32,000 bases of DNA from Okeania sp. GTDB lineage: Bacteria; Cyanobacteriota; Cyanobacteriia; Cyanobacteriales; Microcoleaceae. How positions within the stretch are numbered: the first letter of the stretch is position 1; each line of letters begins with the position of its first letter. The stretch lies in assembly GCF_035285525.1 (NCBI RefSeq), contig NZ_JAYKGW010000039.1, forward strand, positions 60,001 to 92,000, given 5' to 3'. The notes beneath the pieces are model-generated. The model searched no databases, was not told the origin of the DNA, and saw only the letters and a program-made list of their open reading frames with translations. The translations under genes were made by a program, and so were the position numbers. Of the stretch, positions 23,614 to 32,000 are shown in pieces.

Positions 23614-25521
23614 ATGATAAAACTCAAAAAATGGCAATTAATAATACTCGCTATTCCTCCTCTTGCTGTAGTCGCTTTCCTAATGATATCCGCTGGCAAA
23701 CAAATTAATAATTGGGGTCTCAACTGGCTCTGGGGAATATTCATCCTGGTTTTTGTGGGATGGCGTTGGTTACTTGTCAAATGGACTCGCACCACAGTTG
23801 CCCAAATGGAAGCAGTAATAGCAGAAGTTCACCAACAGATTCCGACCATAGACAACACAATAACCGCACCCGTAGAAAATGAAACTACCCAAAAACTGGA
23901 AACCACCCTCCAAGAAATTCTCAAATCATGCCGTAACGACCCCCCATTCTGGGAAAACTGGCAAATATTCTGGCAACGTTGTCAAGAAGTAATAACTGCT
24001 GTTGCTCATGCTTACCATCCCGAAGTCAAATATCCCCTACTCAATATTTACATCCCTCAAGCTTACAGTTTAATTCGAGGTACTGTTGATGACGTAGATA
24101 GATGGATGCAAAAATTATCCCCTACCCTCAATCAAATAACTATCGGTCAAGCATATCAGGGATATGAAATATACCGTAAATTAGAACCTTCCGCTCGGAA
24201 ACTTTTCCAAGCTTGGGGTTGGGCACAATGGTTACTAAATCCGGTGGCAGCAGCAGCAAAATTCGCTAGTCAGCGTTACAGCGAACAAGCAAACCAGCAG
24301 TTGTTAGTCAATTTTAGTCAAGTATTGCGGGAAGTGGCGTTGCGAAATTTGTCTCGACAGGCGATCGCTCTCTATGGAGGTAAGAATCTAGAGTTTTCTG
24401 ATTCTGCTATTCCAACTCCCAGTCTCCCAAAAGCAGAAACTCAAACTCTGGAACAAATTCTGGCAAAAGCTGAACCTGTAGAAACTGTCGAGCAAAAACC
24501 TGTTAATATTTTATTGGTAGGACGCACCGGAGCTGGAAAAAGTAGTTTAATTAATACTCTGTTTCAAGCAGACCTTGCGGAAGTCGATGTGTTGCCAAGT
24601 ACGGATAAAATTAAAAATTATCAGTGGCAAGCAAACATGGGAGAAACTCTTAATCTTTGGGATACCCCCGGTTATGAACAAGCTAACCGCACTGACTTAC
24701 GAGAATTAGTGCTTGACTATGCTCAAACTGCCGATTTATTATTATTAGTTACCCCCGCTCTCGATCCTGCGTTACAAATGGATGTAGATTTTCTCCAAGA
24801 CATGAAACAGGAAATTACAGATTTGCCTGCTATTGTGATCATTACCCAAGTCGATCGTTTACGTCCGCTCCGGGAATGGCAACCACCTTATGATTGGGTA
24901 TTTGGCAAACGTCCGAAGGAAAAATCTATTCGGGAAGCAACTCAATATCGAGCCGAAATATTGGGAGATTTTTGTAATCAAGTTTTGCCTGTGGTGACGG
25001 CCGATATTAAAAATAATAATAGAAATCCTTGGAATGTTGATGCTATATCATTATCTTTAGTAGAAGCTATTGCTCCTGCTAAACAACTACGTCTAGCTCG
25101 GTTTTTGCGCGCTCGCGAAGCTCGTTCTGTAGCAGCAGCTAAAATTATTGACCATTATACTTTTCAAATGGCAACTACTCAGGGTTTAACTGCTTTATTC
25201 AAAAGTCCGGTGTTGCAATTTATTTCTACTTTGACCACAGGTTCCCCAACTTTAGCATATTTGCTCGCAGAAAAAATTCCGGTGGAAGAGTTGCCTGTAG
25301 TTATTGGTAAATTACAAATGGCTTATGATTTGTTCTCCCTATTGAGTGAGGATGGAAATGTGGGTAGTTTTGACCTGTTAGCATTATGGCCTTTGTTATT
25401 AGAAAATCCTTCCACACCAGACCGCAATGCTTGGGCATTTGGTCACGCTTTGGTAGAATATTGGATGCAGGATTTGAGTATTGTTCAGTTGCGCGAGCGC
25501 TTTGAGAATTATCAGGACTAA
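23614..25521 (+). CDS. Membrane-anchored P-loop GTPase (MMR_HSR1-type G domain with long helical flanks)
   Basis: Two N-terminal TM helices. G1 GRTGAGKSSLINTLF, G3 WDTPGY, G4-like TQVDR. Confidence 0.75.
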   Translation: MIKLKKWQLIILAIPPLAVVAFLMISAGKQINNWGLNWLWGIFILVFVGWRWLLVKWTRTTVAQMEAVIAEVHQQIPTIDNTITAPVENETTQKLETTLQEILKSCRNDPPFWENWQIFWQRCQEVITAVAHAYHPEVKYPLLNIYIPQAYSLIRGTVDDVDRWMQKLSPTLNQITIGQAYQGYEIYRKLEPSARKLFQAWGWAQWLLNPVAAAAKFASQRYSEQANQQLLVNFSQVLREVALRNLSRQAIALYGGKNLEFSDSAIPTPSLPKAETQTLEQILAKAEPVETVEQKPVNILLVGRTGAGKSSLINTLFQADLAEVDVLPSTDKIKNYQWQANMGETLNLWDTPGYEQANRTDLRELVLDYAQTADLLLLVTPALDPALQMDVDFLQDMKQEITDLPAIVIITQVDRLRPLREWQPPYDWVFGKRPKEKSIREATQYRAEILGDFCNQVLPVVTADIKNNNRNPWNVDAISLSLVEAIAPAKQLRLARFLRAREARSVAAAKIIDHYTFQMATTQGLTALFKSPVLQFISTLTTGSPTLAYLLAEKIPVEELPVVIGKLQMAYDLFSLLSEDGNVGSFDLLALWPLLLENPSTPDRNAWAFGHALVEYWMQDLSIVQLRERFENYQD

Positions 25522-25651
25522 AGCCACGGGAACCCAGAAACCCGGTTTCTTTGCGTAAGTCCTGATACAGAAAAAAGGAAGAATAAGAAAAAAAACACTT
25601 CTTACTCTTCCCCTATTCTCCATGCTCTCAACATTCCCGATCGATATCTGC

Positions 25652-26227
25652 TTAAACAATCTGGAAACTATCAGATGTCAACTCACCTTCATGTCTGATG
25701 GCAAGTGTATCAGTACCTAAGTTAAGAATAGATAAAAAGTGATTATCGGTATCATTATCCATAAATCCTAATTCAATGGTAGAGACCTGACTCACTGCTT
25801 GTTCTGCAGTAATACCAAAATTTGCTGATAACTGTAGGATATCCTCCCCAACAACGAAGTCTCTAACCCAATCAACTTCACTCCCGATGTTGAAGACAAA
25901 AGTATCTTGTCCATCACCACCATGAAGTTGGTCTATTCCTGAGCTACCTGTTAAGATGTCATTACCATCACCACCATAGAGGTAATCGTTTCCTGCATCT
26001 CCAGTTAATCCATCGTTTCCATTACCACCATTGATGTAATCGTTTTCTGCATCTCCATTTAATATATCGTTTCCATCATCACCAAAAATTCTATCGCTTC
26101 CTGTTGTACCAGTTAGAGTTTCATCTCCTTCAGTACCTTGTATTTCATTGAAGTCATTGAAAAATCCTTGTCTTCCAAAAAAACCATACTCTCCTCTGCC
26201 ACCAGAATGATGATGTCCTCTGCTCAT
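25652..26227 (-). CDS. RTX/hemolysin-type calcium-binding repeat protein
   Basis: Consecutive GGxGxD nonapeptide repeats: FGDDGNDILNGDAENDYINGGNGNDGLTGDAGNDYLYGGDGNDILTGSSGIDQLHGGDGQDTFVF. No N-terminal signal peptide. Confidence 0.85.
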   Translation of the reverse strand: MSRGHHHSGGRGEYGFFGRQGFFNDFNEIQGTEGDETLTGTTGSDRIFGDDGNDILNGDAENDYINGGNGNDGLTGDAGNDYLYGGDGNDILTGSSGIDQLHGGDGQDTFVFNIGSEVDWVRDFVVGEDILQLSANFGITAEQAVSQVSTIELGFMDNDTDNHFLSILNLGTDTLAIRHEGELTSDSFQIV

Positions 26228-26843
26228 AGTTAATTTGCTCCTTTTTAATATTATGATTTACTAGATGTGCGATCGCTCAACAATTCTTTGAATAAAGAAT
26301 ACCAAATCCGCTAGATTCAGGAAATACTCAAAAAAGTAAAAATCTCGATCAGAGAAGGATGAAAATATTTAAGTTATTACCTGGCAATAACTGGACTTGG
26401 TATGTTTGCTAAAAATTACTTACTAGAGAAAAAAATGATTGAGCTAGAAATTTAACAGAACATTACTCTACTTAAAGTTAGAGAGCTATTAAACTTTTCT
26501 ATTCTCTTTCAAGTTATTCACTTAAGTTATATAGTAACTAGATGTAACTTAAATGTCAAGTGTTTGGAGAAAAATTTTTTTTTCTATCAATAAGTTTAGA
26601 CAGTACAAAACTTTGGGTTAATTGCTAGTCAAGGCTTTCAGCTATCCAAATGTGAGAAACTCTCCCCAAACGAGCTGTAGCTACTGTAAGCTTTTACCAG
26701 TAATACTTGCAGCCTTGAAAGTCAGTCCTTTTTTATCAGAATTTTCTAATCTCTAGCTTTCACATCAAGACTTCATCACTTAAGTTTTAAAGTGATGAAA
26801 AAGAAATTGTCAAGGGGTAATTTGAGTTATCAGTTATCAGTAC

Positions 26844-26935
26844 CAGGACTTACGCAAAGTTACTATATATAGAGTTAAAAAACTATTGCACAATAGTTTT
26901 GAACGCTACATATATGGTCTCTGCGTAAATCCTAA
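26844..26935. mobile_element. MITE-like element, family A
   Basis: caggacttacgcaaag...ctatatatag...aaaactattgcacaatagtttt...ctgcgtaaatcct; imperfect terminal inverted repeats. Confidence 0.7.
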
Positions 26936-26973
26936 GTACCTCTGGCTAAACCCAAAGGCTGGAAATACTGAAG

Positions 26974-27086
26974 CAGGACTTACGCTAAACCACTATATAT
27001 AGTAGGGCTGCACTTCGAGCTTGGCGCCAGCCAATGGCATTCACCCTCTACAAATAACCTTTTTCTAAGGATTTGCCTAAGTCCTG
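26974..27086. mobile_element. MITE-like element, family A (different internal sequence)
   Basis: Left end caggacttacgctaaaccactatatatag, right end tttgcctaagtcctg. Confidence 0.65.
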
Positions 27087-27306
27087 ATTTATGAAGCTTT
27101 AAAAAAAGGAAAGACCTTAATTTTTACACAAACGATACCAACGGATATAATATGACTTTTATAGCAGCCGCCAAGGCCGTTAGCACATGGACTGATGATG
27201 AATCAAAGACCACGGAAACACTTGAACAACTGTTCCCTGTTCCCAGTTAAGTGTTCCCAGTTAAGTGTTCCCTGCTATAATTTTTAATTTTTCACTTCTG
27301 ACTTGC

Positions 27307-28761
27307 CTATGGCACTATATCGTCCCATCCCCACCAAGGACTCACTTCCAACACACCTGTGGGACTTAAAATGACCCTAAATAATCCCAGTTGCTTTTGT
27401 TTTTCAGAAACAGATTTATTTTTAGTAAAATTAACTAGCCTGGGTAGGGGAGTTTCCAATACATAATTTTGAGCAGATTGATTCATCGGTTCATAACTAG
27501 CGATCGCTCCATCACCATCTACTTTGACCAGATATTCCAAATCTTCATACCAAATAGGCGTTGTTTGCCAGCTCTGATTGATTTGGTCATACAACTTTTG
27601 ATTCAACTCTTCTAGCTTCCCTGCTTCATAAATTTCTGGAAAAATCATTTTAGGTTTGGCCTGACACTCATTACTGTCGCATTCATCATTGGTCACATTT
27701 AACTGGGGAGATGATTTCCTGGCCGAGACAGACCATAGCTTAATAGTTTCATCTGCACTACCGCTAGCCAAAGTCTCCCCATCCGGACTAAAACCAACAG
27801 ACCAAACTGGTTTAGTATGACTTTGATATGTTTCGATTAATTTCTGATTTTCCACTTGCCACAGATAGATTTTTTTGTCGTAACTACCACTAGCTAAAGT
27901 CTCCCCATCCGGACTAAAGGCAACAGACAAAACTGCTTTTGAATGCCCATCAAAAGTTCCAATTTCCTGACCAGTATCTGTTTTCCATAACTTGATAGTT
28001 CCATCCTGACTGCCACTAGCCAAAGTTTTGGCCTTGGGGTTGTATGCGATCGCCCAAATAGGACGAGAATGAGCTTTTAAAATATATTGTTCTGTTCCAG
28101 TTTTCACATCCCAGATTTTAAGTTTGCCATTTTTGCCACCACTAGCTAAAGTTTTCCCATCCGGGCTAAAAGCTAAAGAAATTACAGGACTAGAATGGTG
28201 CAAACGCAAGATTTCGGTTCCAGTTTTTAGACTCAGTAACTTAATAATACCGCTGTAACTACCAATACCGATAGTTTCTCCATCGGGAGAGATAGTAACT
28301 GCTTTAATATCATCAGCATTAACATTGATAGTGCTAACCAGGTTTCCGTTACTAAAATTCCATAATTTTACGCAATCATCCCAACCACCAGTAACCATAA
28401 TTTTTCCATCAGGAGTTATTGCCATAGACTGAACTGCATCAGCATGAGCTGCAATAGTATGGGTTAATTTCCCGCTAGGTAAATCCCAAATTTTTACTGT
28501 GCCGTCATAACTGCTACTAGCTAGGGTTTTTCCATCTGAACTCATTGCAACTGCATAAACCCAAGTTGAATGACCAGACAAAGTTTTTAGAGGCTGTTTT
28601 TTTTCTGTTAATTTATGGTTTGTTTCTGGGATTTTTGTTGATAGTAACTGCTGCCAATTTATTCGTTCTGTACTTTTAATTACAACGGTTGTTGTGAAGG
28701 CTGTAATTAATGCTGTCATGGCTATTGTGGTGGATGTCTGAGTAATTTGTTTGGATTGCAT
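27307..28761 (-). CDS. WD40-repeat protein with an N-terminal membrane anchor and an unassigned about 130-aa C-terminal domain
   Basis: Seven repeats of the type GH...V.SVAFSPDGKTLASGS.D.TIKLW. TM segment TSTTIAMTALITAFTTTVVI. Confidence 0.85.
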   Translation of the reverse strand: MQSKQITQTSTTIAMTALITAFTTTVVIKSTERINWQQLLSTKIPETNHKLTEKKQPLKTLSGHSTWVYAVAMSSDGKTLASSSYDGTVKIWDLPSGKLTHTIAAHADAVQSMAITPDGKIMVTGGWDDCVKLWNFSNGNLVSTINVNADDIKAVTISPDGETIGIGSYSGIIKLLSLKTGTEILRLHHSSPVISLAFSPDGKTLASGGKNGKLKIWDVKTGTEQYILKAHSRPIWAIAYNPKAKTLASGSQDGTIKLWKTDTGQEIGTFDGHSKAVLSVAFSPDGETLASGSYDKKIYLWQVENQKLIETYQSHTKPVWSVGFSPDGETLASGSADETIKLWSVSARKSSPQLNVTNDECDSNECQAKPKMIFPEIYEAGKLEELNQKLYDQINQSWQTTPIWYEDLEYLVKVDGDGAIASYEPMNQSAQNYVLETPLPRLVNFTKNKSVSEKQKQLGLFRVILSPTGVLEVSPWWGWDDIVP

Positions 28762-29103
28762 AATTTTTTTTATTGAAGTACATGACTATGAGTTATTAAC
28801 TCATTAGAAATAGGGAACGGGGCACAGAAAATAACTTGTATTCTTAGTTTCAAGGAAATAGTATTGACTTGAAGACTTGACTTTTTTAAGAATGTTACTA
28901 CTTCTACACCACTACCGATTATTTTGGTATGAGGAATTAGTTTCTCAGGAGAATTAAATATGTTAAAATTGACAATTTTACCGAAAAATCAAGGGAAAAT
29001 TATTCTGGTTACTTCTTCTATGATTCTTATTCCTTCTGGATTCTGGCTTCTGGCTTCTCCCCTGAAAAAAAGACTTATTCAGCAAGCCTTAATTATTCAT
29101 TAT

Positions 29104-29634
29104 TTACCCTGATTTTAATGACTTTTTCTTGTATTCAATCCACTTTCTCATCAAGAATAAAACAATAATAACTATACTAGCGACAATTCCTAATGGAGTC
29201 ACATAAGTCCAATGCCCAAACATTTTTTCACTAATATGCCACATCAAAAGAAACATTAATAAATAAGTTAATTGGTGAATTTTTCTCCAATTTTTCTTGA
29301 GTTTTTTCACACTCCAGTCATTAGAAGTAATAGCTAATAAGGCAAAAATCCCTAATATAACTATTCCTTGTGAATAAACTAAATAAGCTTTTAAGTCAAA
29401 GACATCAAAGTTTCTTTTCGTAAATAATAAAATTCCATGACCTGCACCCAATAGAAATGAAATAACCCCGATTTCACGGCGATATTTAAGTAATATTTTC
29501 GGAACATTGGTTTTATTTGTACTAGGAAAAACTTTTCTCAGAATGGTTGGTAACAAAGTAATAATATAGGCAAGTAAAGCTAAAAATCCTAGATAACTAG
29601 CAAAATTTGGTGTGTTAATCATGAAGTTTTCCAT
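29104..29634 (-). CDS. Ferric-reductase-like transmembrane domain protein (MsrQ/YedZ-like heme-b membrane protein)
   Basis: 176 aa with 5-6 TM helices and conserved-looking His residues in the helices (GAGHGILLF; IHQLTYLLMFLLMWHI). Confidence 0.5.
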   Translation of the reverse strand: MENFMINTPNFASYLGFLALLAYIITLLPTILRKVFPSTNKTNVPKILLKYRREIGVISFLLGAGHGILLFTKRNFDVFDLKAYLVYSQGIVILGIFALLAITSNDWSVKKLKKNWRKIHQLTYLLMFLLMWHISEKMFGHWTYVTPLGIVASIVIIVLFLMRKWIEYKKKSLKSG

Positions 29635-29662
29635 TTTCGTAATTCCCTCATTTTGACAATTT

Positions 29663-29770
29663 ATATTATGTCCGGATAATCAGTGATGAAAAAAATTTCT
29701 CCCTTCTAACCTTTTCTTTTCTCTTGTCTTTCTTCCTGCAAAGTGTAACTATTCAAACGGCCATGATATC
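29663..29770. mobile_element. MITE-like element, family C, copy 3, about 29 bp upstream of the ferric-reductase-like gene start
   Basis: atattatgtccggataatcagtgatgaaaaaaa...CT-rich core...agtgtaactattcaaacggccatgatatc. Confidence 0.7.
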
Positions 29771-29894
29771 AGTTTGATTGAATAGCTTTGAACCGATGAA
29801 TATACAATGGCTCAGACCTAGATATATAGCACTAAGTTTTTTAGTTAGGAAAATAAACTTTGATTCTGAAGAAACAGAGAATATTAGAACATTT

Positions 29895-30705
29895 AGGATT
29901 TACCCATAGACCATAGATATAGTACTCAAAACTATTGCGCAATAGTTTTTTTAACTCTATATACAGCAGATTTTGGGCAAATGATTTACGGGGTAAATAG
30001 TAAAAACATTGTAGTGCAGGCCGGAAAGCACACAAAAGTATACCTCATAAGAACGAAAAGCGCTGTATAGTATCTTTGCGTAAGTCCTGATTAAACAAAT
30101 TTTTTCTCTAGATTAGGGGACATGTATCACTAAAGTGTTAATATCTATCTCTATATTATACATAAGTGATAAAAACGACAACTAAATCTATGAAAAATTT
30201 TTCTAGTTTATTAGGACTAACGGATGAACGCTATTGGTAGGGTATATTAGGGTAGCGTAACGGAACAAGACTCCTTATATAGTGCCTTTGCGTAAGTCCT
30301 GTTTATCAAGAGGGTGTAAAATACTTGACAATAGATATCAACTATGTGAGGTTTATTAGGGCTTGCTAATTAAATGCTATAGCAACTCCCATACTTGTGA
30401 GGTACAAAATTCCTGATTTTAGGGAACAGGAAACACAGAAGGTGGGAACAGGAAAAATGTGGTTCGTCAAGAGTGAAAAGCGCTGTCAAACTATTGCGCA
30501 ATAGTTTTTTTTGACTTTATATATATAGGACTTACCTATGGACGCTATCTGTAGGGTGCGTTTTGCGTTCCGCAAAGCTCGGCTTTATATGTCGGCTCGC
30601 CGAAACCCTACGCGACATGGAAAGCGGAGCATTCCCTATACGAAAAAGCGTATCTAGTAACTGAGCCAGACTCTATATATAGTGCCTCCCGCGTAAGTCC
30701 TGATA
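29895..30705. mobile_element. Cluster of at least four whole or partial family A MITE-like copies
   Basis: Family A ends (AGGACTTAC... / ...GCGTAAGTCCTG) lie at about 29896, 30078-30090, 30212, 30289-30301, 30529 and 30692-30705. The core aaactattgcgcaatagttttt occurs at about 29929 and about 30491. Confidence 0.7.
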
Positions 30706-30843
30706 TATATAGAACCCCTAACCTTATCTTTACAAAGGTGTGTTTTTTTTGCCAAAGAAGTAAGTCAGGAGTCAACCCACCCCTAACCCCTCCCAGGAGG
30801 GGAAATAGGGAAAAAGCTAGAAAGAATTAGAGCCTTATATTCA

Positions 30844-30897
30844 CCATCTCCCCATCTCCCCATCTCCCCATCTCCCCATCTCCCCATCTCCCCATCT
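30844..30897. repeat. Octamer tandem array (CCATCTCC) x about 6.5
   Basis: ccatctccccatctcc..., with seven ATCT cores counted. Confidence 0.9.
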
Positions 30898-31339
30898 TCT
30901 AAAACTGAAAAACTTAATAGTATTCCAAAATTAACTAAAAATTAATCTGATTTTAATTACTGTTGACTAAAGTAGGAATTAAGTTGACATATATACCACA
31001 ATAATTCACTAAAGAGCAATGAACTTATATTATCGAATTTTATTAGGTAAAATCTCAATATTAGCCAGTTTATTTATCACTAACTTAAGCGTCTTAGCAT
31101 CTACCAAAGAAACCAGTCTTTTGATTGAAAATAATAATAACTATTCCTATAAAAGTTTAGTAGAACAAAAACAAATCAATACTATTACACAATCAAACTA
31201 TCTCTATAAAATTAATAAATTTAATTGCAATATTTTAATTTTAACTCCAATCAAATCTGTGATTCATAAATATTTGCAAATATTTGATTTTTTTCTAATT
31301 AATTAATCAATCTATTAACCAAATTTAAACTAATAATAA

Positions 31340-32000
31340 ACTTATGGAGATATAGTATTTGAGGCAGAATTAAATAGATATAAATTTAGGTCAAAAATAC
31401 TGCCATTAATACACCAAAAATCACTATCTACCGCTTCTCAACAGAGTAGTGTATCTATTGCTTATACCGATAATGCATCAGGTGGAGATGGATATCCAGA
31501 TTCCAGAGTCTTTGTTGTTAGTAAATACTCCTCAGATGTTAACGCCATTCAACAGTTTGACAGTATCTACCGAATTATTGAAACCAACAGTGATGATACA
31601 AGTACCACCTTTACCTGGTCAGTTTTTGAGCATAGTGGAGAAGATGGTGCTATTAACGGTGCAGGTTTTGCTAATGTAGATAACCTAGAAATTGATACTC
31701 TGGGTAACATCTGGGACGTAACCGATATGTCTACTAGAACTCATAATGGTTTTGATACTGGTATTGCAGGATCTCTAGACGAGATTGACCATAATCCTAC
31801 TGGAAATATTGGCGACTTGACAGGAGTATTTGGTAATAACTGGGTGTTCTATATTCCTGTTGTTGGACCAAATGCTGGATTAGTTGTACCTTTTGCTTAT
31901 GGTTCTCCTCGTTACCAAATTACTAGACCATACTTTATCAGAAATAGTAGTGGTGTAGATGACACTCTACTATTAGCTGTACAACACCCTGGTGAAAGTT
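31340..32000 (+). CDS. PhoX/DUF839-like protein, C-terminal region only; runs off the window, has no start codon in frame, and may be a 5'-truncated remnant
   Basis: Frame 2 reads ...FTWSVFEHSGEDGAINGAGFANVDNLEIDTLGNIWDVTDMS...GNNWVFYIPVVGPNAG...DDTLLLAVQHPGES. This resembles the PhoX C-terminus (PDNL.fD..GNLWI.TD ... FVNIQHPGE). The frame is open from 31340, after TAA x3, but has no ATG/GTG/TTG before 31727. Confidence 0.45.

Noticed and set aside
23589-23795. 68-aa ORF antisense to the GTPase 5' end
   Set aside because: It overlaps the GTPase TM-helix coding region and has no independent support.
25399-25659. 86-aa minus-strand ORF spanning the GTPase 3' end
   Set aside because: It overlaps the end of the GTPase gene and a family A repeat end (ctttgcgtaagtcctga). 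Its translation is implausible.
29841-30035. 64-aa ORF in the repeat field
   Set aside because: It lies wholly inside family A MITE-like sequence.
638-30897. Possible CRISPR arrays among the many short tandem repeats
   Set aside because: The units are 7-8 bp (STRR type), 18 bp x3 or 79 bp x2, and are directly adjacent with no unique spacers. No cas genes are in the window.
31449-31679. 76-aa ORF from the track
   Set aside because: It is out of frame with the overlapping frame-2 translation, which has clear PhoX/DUF839-like motifs.

Overview
This is a cyanobacterial chromosomal segment. I counted 16 copies of the HIP1 octamer GCGATCGC by hand, and the intergenic regions are packed with heptamer STRR-type arrays and small inverted-repeat (MITE-like) elements, which suggests a filamentous, Nostocales-like genome. 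That taxon call is an inference. Gene order: a partial TPR gene, rlmN(-), a COG0701-type permease(+) with its TIGR03943/DUF1980 partner(+), a DUF2227-like membrane protein(-), tRNA-Val(UAC)(+), and the circadian clock cluster kaiC(-) kaiB(-) kaiA(-). kaiA is full length and separated from kaiB by an unusually long 1.3 kb spacer. Diverging from kaiA is a roughly 1125-aa CBS/PAS-like histidine kinase carrying three degenerate receiver-like modules. Next comes a roughly 3.6 kb AT-rich block of orphan genes (14.6-18.2 kb): small ORFs including a tandemly duplicated one, then a HEAT/PIN protein and a pentapeptide-repeat protein that look like one frameshift-split gene. After that: an acyltransferase(-), a conserved secreted hypothetical(-), dprA(-), a decayed vWA-gene remnant abutting a three-gene VapC/DUF2281/antitoxin-like cassette(-), a membrane-anchored P-loop GTPase(+), an RTX-type Ca-binding protein(-), a WD40 protein(-), a ferric-reductase-like membrane protein(-), a dense field of MITE-like repeats, and a PhoX/DUF839-like C-terminal fragment running off the window end. 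The best candidate for an undescribed system is the 14.6-18.2 kb block. All family assignments come from reading motifs by eye. No database search was possible.
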